A program made the position numbers and the translations under genes. Source: a virus. Taken from it: DNA of 64,000 nucleotides. Below, in pieces: positions 9,185 to 16,599 of this stretch. The stretch lies in the IMG/VR virus record IMGVR_UViG_3300002061_000003. The stretch is one strand, 5' to 3'. Every line of letters starts with the position of its first letter. Positions within the stretch are counted from its first letter, which is position 1. Below the pieces are notes generated by a model, which was not told where the DNA came from, searched no databases, and saw only the letters and a program-made list of their open reading frames with translations.

Positions 9185-9418
9185 ATGCCTCACCGTGATG
9201 ATTTTCGCCCGAACCTCTTGAACATCTCCTTGCCTATGGTAACCAACTTTAACACTGTCGCAATACTTGTCGGTGTGTTACCTAACCATCCATTCCCATT
9301 CATCGTTGCTCCCAATGCAGACAAGCCAGAAGAATTAGTTTGTGTCGACGTGTATGGCAATCCATCCACCAACCACACCTACAAGCTCCGTAATGGCGAG
9401 CCGAGGCCGGTCGAATGA
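9185..9418 (+). CDS. Hypothetical protein
   Basis: AGGA RBS; ATGA overlap with next gene. Confidence 0.6.
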   Translation: MPHRDDFRPNLLNISLPMVTNFNTVAILVGVLPNHPFPFIVAPNADKPEELVCVDVYGNPSTNHTYKLRNGEPRPVE

Positions 9419-9960
9419 ACGCGGCAGCCAAACTTCCATTCCATGAACTAGCCTCTAAGTTAAAGCCTAACCATTTTCGTGGCACTCTTGTCTGTTTCGA
9501 TCCTGGTGAAACTACTGGGTTGGCCATATTCAGAAATGGGAAACTTGAAGAGACATCCCAGCTTATCACCAAAGACCTCGATCAAGGCACGAAAGCTGTC
9601 AACGACCTTTTTAACACCATTCACGGTTTCACTACCACAGACCCAGATGCTCTTGAATTGGGTTTGGGTGAGAACGTTAGAGTGGTTGCCGAAGATTATA
9701 AGGTCTATGGATGGAAAACAGACCAACATGCTTGGGCAGCTTTACATACACCTAAGTTTATTGGCTGCATTGTAGCTTTATGCCACATCCATGGCATTCC
9801 TTATCACATGCAGATGGCTCAGACAGCTAAAGGGTTCTGCACAGATGATAAGTTGAAAGCCTGGAACTATTACGACAAAGGTTTAAGACATGCTCGTGAT
9901 GCTGTACGTCATGGCTGTTATTATACCCTGTTTAACGAAGAGGATCACCCCGCAAATTAA
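9415..9960 (+). CDS. RuvC-like Holliday junction resolvase
   Basis: CFDPGETTG, VVAEDY and HARDAVRH acidic motifs of the RNase H-fold resolvases. Confidence 0.75.
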   Translation: MNAAAKLPFHELASKLKPNHFRGTLVCFDPGETTGLAIFRNGKLEETSQLITKDLDQGTKAVNDLFNTIHGFTTTDPDALELGLGENVRVVAEDYKVYGWKTDQHAWAALHTPKFIGCIVALCHIHGIPYHMQMAQTAKGFCTDDKLKAWNYYDKGLRHARDAVRHGCYYTLFNEEDHPAN

Positions 9961-9976
9961 TTTCAGTTGCCTATTA

Positions 9977-10014
9977 TTTTGACCATTGAGGTCATTCTAT
10001 TGCTGCTATATATT
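9977..10014 (+). promoter_or_regulatory. Promoter with TTTTGAC-N7-GTC element
   Basis: TTTTGACCATTGAGGTC; TTGAGG-N17-TATATT. Confidence 0.7.
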
Positions 10015-10033
10015 AATAGTGTAAGCAGCGAAA

Positions 10034-10438
10034 ATGGAAAACAATCTGATGGCTAAAGAATTCAAAGACTGGGATAAAAAATTTTCTAGGGCTCAAATCG
10101 AAGCATGTCGTGTTGAGTGGCTGGATCATAATCTTGCAGATGCTTTGACATCGTGGCATTTCGGCTATAAGCAACCTTCGATTGAAGGTGCTCGCTGGGC
10201 TGTCTATGAGGCTGATGGTTTTGAAGAATGGCAGCTGTTTAGGGTCTCTTTAAAAGGTTTGGATACAAGTCAGAAGCTTTCGATGTTGCATACTCGTTGG
10301 CAGATGTTTTGTGGCTTTGAGAAGGGTACTGTTGATCAGATGGCGAAGCTGGAAATTGAAACGGCTCGGATCTGGAATTATATCGGTGCGTTGCGTCGGG
10401 GTGGGCAGCTTAATGCTGAACTGGAAATCGTCAAGTGA
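10034..10438 (+). CDS. Conserved phage hypothetical protein
   Basis: 'WQLFRVSLKGLDTSQKL...NYIGALRRGG' pattern. Confidence 0.7.
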   Translation: MENNLMAKEFKDWDKKFSRAQIEACRVEWLDHNLADALTSWHFGYKQPSIEGARWAVYEADGFEEWQLFRVSLKGLDTSQKLSMLHTRWQMFCGFEKGTVDQMAKLEIETARIWNYIGALRRGGQLNAELEIVK

Positions 10439-10470
10439 TGGCGGAATTTAAATCAAGAAGGAAGAATACA

Positions 10471-10695
10471 ATGGCAATGTCTAAACGTGACATTATTGTC
10501 GCTCTCGTGAATGGTACAGGTGTATCAGACAACGCTGTCGTAAAGGTTGTGGATGCTATCAACCAGCTGAACGGCAATGAGAAAGCGACACTCTTCGGTG
10601 TGCCTGAGAATATCAAGGCTGCTGTGGATAAAGGTGCTGAAGCACTTACAGAGGCTGAAGAGCCTACAAGCAAGCCGACAAAATCGTCCAAATAA
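10471..10695 (+). CDS. Hypothetical protein
   Basis: AAGGAAG RBS before ATG 10471. Confidence 0.65.
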   Translation: MAMSKRDIIVALVNGTGVSDNAVVKVVDAINQLNGNEKATLFGVPENIKAAVDKGAEALTEAEEPTSKPTKSSK

Positions 10696-10696
10696 G

Positions 10697-10850
10697 TTAG
10701 CCTAACTCTTGGTGCTAATAGAGTGGACGTCGTATCCTACTGCATGTAGACCTGCTTCCAAGGGTCGATTCGGCCATATCCACTTCTAGGTTAAATGGCT
10801 TTACCTGACTTGACAGTTATACGGTAAAGCAGCAGCCAAACCTTTTTAAG
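10697..10850 (+). ncRNA. Candidate structured RNA (hairpin + three-way junction + long hairpin)
   Basis: Dense complementary segments: TTAGC/GCTAA, AGTGGA/TCCACT, CTAC/GTAG, GACC/GGTC, GCTTTACC/GGTAAAGC, AGGTT/AACCT. Confidence 0.4.
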
Positions 10851-10857
10851 GTACAAA

Positions 10858-11367
10858 ATGTCTAATCCTGATTTCTTCATTGGCGCTAAGGTAGGTGAAT
10901 TTACGCTCCTACGCCGTGTGCGCCCAAACAAGAAACTAAGCAACAACCTTAAGCTTCGGTGGAAAGTACGTTGCTCTTGTGGTAGTGAAGAAATCTTGCC
11001 CGAATACTACATGAAAAGATCCAATAGCCCGAAACGTCATTGTGGCTGCAAAAACAAGACTATTAAGACACTGTTCAATCAGGAATATCGCATATGGCTT
11101 ATGATGCATCAAAGGTGTTACAATGAAGACCACGTCGCTTATGAACACTACGGCGGAAGGGGCATTAAGATCGCACCTGAATGGAATCGATATTCAGATA
11201 CCCAGTCTCCAGACGATGCGTTCAAGAATTTTCTGGAGCATATTGGCCCTCGAAAGTCAAAAAAGTTTTCCGTTGATCGAATTGAAGTCAATGGAAATTA
11301 TGAACCGGGTAATGTCAAGTGGGCAACAGCCAAAGAACAAGCCGCAAATAAACGTCCCAGAAAATAG
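10858..11367 (+). CDS. Free-standing HNH homing endonuclease
   Basis: CSCG, HCGC, 'IW..MHQRCYN...YGGRGIKI', 'SVDRIEVNGNYEPGNVKWAT..EQAANKR'. Confidence 0.9.
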   Translation: MSNPDFFIGAKVGEFTLLRRVRPNKKLSNNLKLRWKVRCSCGSEEILPEYYMKRSNSPKRHCGCKNKTIKTLFNQEYRIWLMMHQRCYNEDHVAYEHYGGRGIKIAPEWNRYSDTQSPDDAFKNFLEHIGPRKSKKFSVDRIEVNGNYEPGNVKWATAKEQAANKRPRK

Positions 11368-11371
11368 CCAC

Positions 11372-11400
11372 TTGCGGTCTTAAAGATTTTCCTTTATAAT
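11372..11400 (+). promoter_or_regulatory. Promoter of the TTG(A/C)GGTC class
   Basis: TTGCGG-N17-TATAAT. Confidence 0.75.
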
Positions 11401-11432
11401 AGAGACAACGAAACAAGCAATGGATCGATTCA

Positions 11433-12089
11433 ATGCATGCTATACCTGACTATACTCCAATGACATCTTCTGAGTTGCTCGACATTCGTGCAGCTTGGCA
11501 TCCATCTACATCTCCGACATGGAAGCAGTTTACTTACCGAAAGGTTGATCTGTTTGATATGTATTGGGTAGATTGTGCTCATGTCATTCGAGATCAATCT
11601 TTCGATGGCAGGTATTATGAGGATGTCCACATCCCAGCGGCACACGAAGACTTCGAACCGATTCTGTCTCCTATGCGTATGCTTGAATTGGGTATCTTCG
11701 GCAATTCGTATTTCGGCAGCATGAAAGAAGATACCATCTATCCTTTGGGTAGAGAACGTGCTTTGTTGATGCCTCAGAATCGGCCATTCGATACGTATGA
11801 GGCTTTCGATAAGCCAAATTGGAAGACAGCTTTGTTTAAGCGGAAAGCGTCTTCGACTCGTGAATGGTGGATGGAACGTGATCTTATTGCAGATTGTGAT
11901 CCTCTCGGTCAATTCGAATGGTATTGCTGGTATTGGCTTGGCCGTCGTATTCCAGCTGAAGACAACCATCAGGTAAAGCGTTGGTTGAATTTCCGTAAGC
12001 GTCAGTCTGCTATGCTTGAGTCGAATCGAGCCGTTGGTTTACAGCAGGCCCTTCTACATTGGTCTTGTGATGCATGGGTGCATCTCTAA
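11433..12089 (+). CDS. Conserved viral protein of unknown function
   Basis: 'PMRMLELGIFG..YF...DPLGQFEWYCWYWLGRR.P.ED..QVKRW' pattern I associate with many phages and large DNA viruses. Confidence 0.7.
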   Translation: MHAIPDYTPMTSSELLDIRAAWHPSTSPTWKQFTYRKVDLFDMYWVDCAHVIRDQSFDGRYYEDVHIPAAHEDFEPILSPMRMLELGIFGNSYFGSMKEDTIYPLGRERALLMPQNRPFDTYEAFDKPNWKTALFKRKASSTREWWMERDLIADCDPLGQFEWYCWYWLGRRIPAEDNHQVKRWLNFRKRQSAMLESNRAVGLQQALLHWSCDAWVHL

Positions 12090-12268
12090 TGGCTGGTAAA
12101 CAAACATTCTACGTGCATTACAACGGCCATAGCTGGTATGTGAAGACACGTGAATTCTTCGAGCAACAAGGTGGGTTTGAAGAAGAGTGGGGTAAGGCTT
12201 GGAGTCCAATCTTGGCCACCTCTATCGAGGATGCTCGTACCAAAGCTGAGGAGGCTGCTAATGCCTAG
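12089..12268 (+). CDS. Small conserved hypothetical protein
   Basis: TAATG coupling; 'YVKTREFFEQQGG...WG..W'. Confidence 0.65.
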   Translation: MAGKQTFYVHYNGHSWYVKTREFFEQQGGFEEEWGKAWSPILATSIEDARTKAEEAANA

Positions 12269-12665
12269 AATGTGGATGGTTCCAACCGAAGTTCTCTGCA
12301 GTCAGCATCTTGTTGGCGAGCATTATGAAACGCATATGATCTACGGAGGCTTAACCAAGAATCGTGGTAAAGGTGCTGGCCTTGTAAGATCATTGGCAAA
12401 TGCTGGAAAGGCCGAACTAGCACAGCTTCAAGAGCGTCATGATGCATTAGCTGATGAATTAATCTTCCGAGGTGGCAATCATAACTCTCCCCTTATCTTC
12501 GAATGGGAGATGTTCCAGGAAGCTCTTGAATTGCCTGACGTCAAAGTAGACGTAGAAGAATCGTTACGTGAACTCGAATCACGATGTCCTAAGTGTCGTG
12601 CAAACATAGCCAAATGGAGAGAAGCTGATGGCCAATACAGACCAAACAACTACGTCTACAAATGA
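12261..12665 (+). CDS. Pyrimidine-dimer DNA glycosylase / endonuclease V (DenV)-family protein
   Basis: N-terminal 'PRMWMVPTEVLCSQHLVGEHYETHM' and 'LQERHDALADELIFRGGNHNSP'. Confidence 0.65.
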   Translation: MPRMWMVPTEVLCSQHLVGEHYETHMIYGGLTKNRGKGAGLVRSLANAGKAELAQLQERHDALADELIFRGGNHNSPLIFEWEMFQEALELPDVKVDVEESLRELESRCPKCRANIAKWREADGQYRPNNYVYK

Positions 12666-12957
12666 ATCCGAAACAAAGCTCAAGATCCCTTTCCGCGTCT
12701 ATAAGCGGCCTAATGGTCGTCGTGTCGAAGAAATGTTCACGTGTGGATCGAAAGAGACATATGACTCTGCGATGGCCGTATTGAAGGAGGGCTATTTCTT
12801 TGAAGCCGAAGTTTTGATGACAGGTCAAGTATCTGTGACATGCTTCGATCCGGAAGAAGAAACAGACGTTGCTATCGAAATCTGCAGCAATGGCCCTGCT
12901 GTTGTTGAGGCTATCGACAAGTTGGTCGCATCAGCATTTAAAATCGCTTTCCCATAA
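12628..12957 (+). CDS. Hypothetical protein
   Basis: ORF track; fills space before the next promoter. Confidence 0.65.
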   Translation: MANTDQTTTSTNESETKLKIPFRVYKRPNGRRVEEMFTCGSKETYDSAMAVLKEGYFFEAEVLMTGQVSVTCFDPEEETDVAIEICSNGPAVVEAIDKLVASAFKIAFP

Positions 12958-12995
12958 TTTTGACTATTGAGGTCTGAATCGATCTGCTATATATT
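12958..12995 (+). promoter_or_regulatory. Promoter with TTTTGAC-N7-GTC element
   Basis: TTTTGACTATTGAGGTC; TTGAGG-N17-TATATT. Confidence 0.7.
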
Positions 12996-13020
12996 CAAGA
13001 TAAGCAAGGAAGGAAATATC

Positions 13021-13356
13021 ATGGCTAAGTCAGTTTATATGCATCACCGTGATACGGATGACGATGGTGATGAAGTTCACCTGATGAAGAAATTCAACCT
13101 GGATCTCGACGCTGATGGGGAGTATCGCATTATGCGTGATTTCTCTGGCCAAGCGATTTGCAATTGCCCAGCTCGTACACAAGTCTGTCGCCACGTGAAG
13201 ATGCTTGACATGTTCGAATTGGCAGAAGCGGGTGAAGATGATCTGTTCAATGAAGTTGCAGCAGAACATCCAGACAAAGTTATCATGCTTCAAACCGACA
13301 ATACTCGTTTCGAGTGGGTTGCAGGTTTGAGTAAGGAAGCTTTGGGTATCGAATGA
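13021..13356 (+). CDS. SWIM zinc-finger protein
   Basis: CNCPARTQVCRHV (CxC-Xn-CxH); GGAAGGA RBS before ATG 13021. Confidence 0.7.
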   Translation: MAKSVYMHHRDTDDDGDEVHLMKKFNLDLDADGEYRIMRDFSGQAICNCPARTQVCRHVKMLDMFELAEAGEDDLFNEVAAEHPDKVIMLQTDNTRFEWVAGLSKEALGIE

Positions 13357-14072
13357 TGGACGAGTTCGAAGAGCCAGTAACAAATCTTGAAGTCGGAGAC
13401 ATCGTTCGTAGGGTTAGAGGTTGGACGCCTCTAGCTGTAACCGATGTTCGCGGCATTCATGTTGAGGCTGCATATTGCGGTGAAACTTTTGGCACTGATT
13501 ATGTTAACCTGGAAGTGTATATGCGTCAGGATCTTATTCTTGTCGTAGATCCGCATAAAGAGCTTGCCAAGTGTGGGCAGCATTCTATGACTCCAGGTTG
13601 GCTACCTCGCCTCAACGACGAACAGCTCAATCAGCTCCAAAAGCAGGTTGAGAACCATAAACACTTTAACTCCAGCAACGGAAAGGGAACAGAAATGACA
13701 GCTAAACTTTATCAAACCGTAGGTGAGGATACACCTCGCTTCGGTACATATCTGGCTACCAACACTCTCGGCCAGATTGTCCTTGAAATGAAAGGCGCTA
13801 ATGCGGCTCCTGAAGCATTCGACAAAGATGCTATCGAAGAAGTACTGCCTTGGACTTTCCAAGCTCGCAACCTCTTCGCACAGAACGAACACTTCTCATT
13901 TACGGCTCGCAAAGACTCTGTAGCCAAAGGCGATATGCTTCTTGGTTCGATGGGTGTGGTCGAAGTGATCCAGGTGAATACCAAGTCTCGCAAGCATCAA
14001 GGTGCATTCACTGGCCGCAAGATTCTGACGGAAGCTATCGAAGCTCTGCCAGAAGACGTCATCGAAGACTAA
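13353..14072 (+). CDS. Hypothetical two-domain protein (possible internal start at 13696)
   Basis: ORF track; in-frame ATG at 13696 preceded by GGAAAGGGA. Confidence 0.65.
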   Translation: MMDEFEEPVTNLEVGDIVRRVRGWTPLAVTDVRGIHVEAAYCGETFGTDYVNLEVYMRQDLILVVDPHKELAKCGQHSMTPGWLPRLNDEQLNQLQKQVENHKHFNSSNGKGTEMTAKLYQTVGEDTPRFGTYLATNTLGQIVLEMKGANAAPEAFDKDAIEEVLPWTFQARNLFAQNEHFSFTARKDSVAKGDMLLGSMGVVEVIQVNTKSRKHQGAFTGRKILTEAIEALPEDVIED

Positions 14073-14098
14073 TACGAACACATTCCACGGAGGATCTA

Positions 14099-14500
14099 AT
14101 GAGTAAGCCCCCAACTTTCAAAGGTATTATCGTCCGTGGAATGTATCATCGGGGTGAATGGGCAGTAGCTATTGCTAAGGCTCTTCGCTCCGGTGAGTAT
14201 ATGATGGTTGAAAGGGAGCCGACAAATCCCTATGATGGCAATGCAATCAAAGTATTGGCACGAGAAGATGTTTTCGACAAGTTTACCTTTATTGGGTATA
14301 TTGGTCGAGAGTATGCAGCCCGGATAGCTCCGTGGATGGATTCTGGATGGTTCTTTAATGTCTCGGTTGAGAGGTTGATGAATGGGTATCCGATTGTAAA
14401 ATTGGAGCCCATGTTTCCAGATGAAAAGAAAGAAGAAGTCGGTGTCGAAGCAGAGCTCGACATTGTGCATAAACCTGAAAAAGAATTGGAAGACGCATGA
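14099..14500 (+). CDS. HIRAN-domain protein
   Basis: 'VRGMYHRG...VEREPTNPYDGNAIKV...IGYIGREYAARIAPWMD'. Confidence 0.85.
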   Translation: MSKPPTFKGIIVRGMYHRGEWAVAIAKALRSGEYMMVEREPTNPYDGNAIKVLAREDVFDKFTFIGYIGREYAARIAPWMDSGWFFNVSVERLMNGYPIVKLEPMFPDEKKEEVGVEAELDIVHKPEKELEDA

Positions 14501-14988
14501 ATCAAGTATTTGGCCCTAAACTCGGTTGGGATGATATTGAAGCACTGACAGACAATCTGGCTGATCAATGTTTGAACTCAGGTATTCAACCTGATATGAT
14601 TGTCGCTATTGCACGTGGTGGATTGATTCCAGCCACACAGTTAGCCCATAAGCTTGATGTAAGGCGTGTACGTAGCTTTCAGATGGTGTCGTATATCGAC
14701 GGCGTTCAGGGAGCTTTGGAACACATTGATTCGTCCCAAAACCTTATCGAAGAGATGGAACGCCCAAATGTGAATTGCGTTCTCTTTGTTGAAGACATCG
14801 TTGACACAGGTGCATCACTTCAATACTTGCGTAAGATGTTCACACTACCCCAGGGCTACAAGTGTGTGTCTGTATTCGCTTCCCTTACAGTCAAAAAGAA
14901 AGCACCGAAGGCTGATTGGCCTACGATGTATGCACATGTGTATCCCGAGGATGCATGGGTGACATTTCCGTGGGAGATGCCGAAGTAA
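14497..14988 (+). CDS. Type I purine phosphoribosyltransferase (Gpt/Xpt-like)
   Basis: IVAIARGGLIPA and the PRPP-binding VLFVEDIVDTGASL motif; C-terminal WVTFPWE. Confidence 0.85.
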   Translation: MNQVFGPKLGWDDIEALTDNLADQCLNSGIQPDMIVAIARGGLIPATQLAHKLDVRRVRSFQMVSYIDGVQGALEHIDSSQNLIEEMERPNVNCVLFVEDIVDTGASLQYLRKMFTLPQGYKCVSVFASLTVKKKAPKADWPTMYAHVYPEDAWVTFPWEMPK

Positions 14989-15149
14989 TTGACTACGCGA
15001 ATATACTGCGATTTAAAGCGCTAGTCAAGCGTTTGCTTCGTATAGCTATAGAAACGAGAAAGGTTCTACTTTAAACACGCGTATATTGAATGTTTGCTAG
15101 AACCTTTTGCTTGAAAGAAAACGCTAAATGCAATCACCGGAGAATCACG

Positions 15150-16067
15150 ATGCCCGTTAAACCTATGCTAGCTGGAAAATATGATCCAGCCAAGGTGGCA
15201 CAACAGCTTCCTATCTTAGCGCAACCCAAACTCGATGGTATTCGTATGCTTATCGACAATGGTGTTGGCTATAGCCGATCGCTCAAACGAATACCGAATG
15301 TGTTTGTCCAAAAGCGTATACAAGAGATCGCGCCCTTGATACAAGGTCTTGATGGCGAACTTGTTCTCGGCTCACCTACAGCTCCCGATGCTTACAGGCT
15401 CACCAACTCAGCAGTCATGTCTCATGGCGGTGTTCCCGATGTTACATTCCATGTCTTTGATTCCTGGGAAAACGATGCTGAATACCAATACAAGTTCCAT
15501 TGGCTCAAGACAAACATCGAAGGTTTGCTTCGTGCGAATGAGGCTGCGCATTGGTTGAGGCTTCTTCCGGTGACTCTGTGTAATACTATGGAAGACATCA
15601 CAGCATATGAAGCAGCGCTACTTGCGGAAGGTCATGAGGGTGTTATCCTTCGTGGTATGAGCAGCAAGTACAAGAATGGCCGTGCAACACCTTCTCAAGG
15701 CCAGCTGATCAAGATCAAACGGTTTAAAGATGCTGAAGCTGTTGTGCATGGATTCCAAGAGCTGCTCCACAACGGTAATGAAGCAACTACTAGCGAGACG
15801 GGTCATACAGTTCGTAGCGCGCATCAAGATAACAAAGTTCCCATGAATACGTTGGGTGCTTTGCTATGCACAGGCAAATGGGATGATGGAACACCCTTTG
15901 ATGTGAAGATCGGGACTGGTTTCGATGAAGATACCCGACAAGAAATCTGGGATAACCAAGACAGCTATTTCGGCCGATTGGTCAAATTCAAATACTTCGA
16001 GGTTGGCGTTAAAGATGCTCCCAGGCATCCAGTCTTTCTAGGCTTTCGTTCTCCCGAAGACACATAA
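15150..16067 (+). CDS. lig: ATP-dependent DNA ligase
   Basis: KPMLA, QPKLDGIR (adenylation Lys), LDGEL, EGVILR, KIKRF, VKIGTGF, PRHPVF; GGAGA RBS before 15150. Confidence 0.95.
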   Translation: MPVKPMLAGKYDPAKVAQQLPILAQPKLDGIRMLIDNGVGYSRSLKRIPNVFVQKRIQEIAPLIQGLDGELVLGSPTAPDAYRLTNSAVMSHGGVPDVTFHVFDSWENDAEYQYKFHWLKTNIEGLLRANEAAHWLRLLPVTLCNTMEDITAYEAALLAEGHEGVILRGMSSKYKNGRATPSQGQLIKIKRFKDAEAVVHGFQELLHNGNEATTSETGHTVRSAHQDNKVPMNTLGALLCTGKWDDGTPFDVKIGTGFDEDTRQEIWDNQDSYFGRLVKFKYFEVGVKDAPRHPVFLGFRSPEDT

Positions 16068-16078
16068 GGAACTAAATC

Positions 16079-16429
16079 ATGGACATTAACATCTTCCTAC
16101 TCATTGGAAGCTGCATCCTAGTTGGAGGTACCTACTTGTACTTCCGTCAGCAAGCTACGGCAGCTTTCAAACAGACTGACGACGCAATCGCCCAGACGCG
16201 TTCGCAGATTGAAAAGGTGAGGGGCTTCAAAGAAGTGACTACACCTCTGAAGCATGCTTTTCAGTCGTATCAAGAAGCACGCACCAAAGCCGATGATCCT
16301 GCAATCAAGCGCCTGGCTAAAACCAATGCCAAACGCATCCAAGCGGATCAGAATCTGGAAGGTGCATTCAATCGTCTGGCTCGCGCGATCACAAACGTTG
16401 ACCAATACAGCACGAGTGTCGGCTCATGA
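16079..16429 (+). CDS. Membrane-anchored hypothetical protein
   Basis: N-terminal TM helix then coiled region. Confidence 0.7.
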   Translation: MDINIFLLIGSCILVGGTYLYFRQQATAAFKQTDDAIAQTRSQIEKVRGFKEVTTPLKHAFQSYQEARTKADDPAIKRLAKTNAKRIQADQNLEGAFNRLARAITNVDQYSTSVGS

Positions 16430-16599
16430 ATGCACCTGATAACCGTACGTGGGATGTTAGCTGGGGTTCGAATACTGTAAAGGTTTCTGCCCCATCGAAA
16501 TTCGCAGCTAAGAAACGTGCTCGTCATGAGCATACCATCCCTGCGAATGCACGCCTGTCCATCAAACCTGCAGATAAGGCAGCCAAACAACATGCGTGA
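16426..16599 (+). CDS. Small hypothetical protein (57 aa, not in ORF track)
   Basis: ATGA overlap; MNAPDNRTWDVSWGSNTVKV...; fills the gap before the helicase. Confidence 0.5.
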   Translation: MNAPDNRTWDVSWGSNTVKVSAPSKFAAKKRARHEHTIPANARLSIKPADKAAKQHA

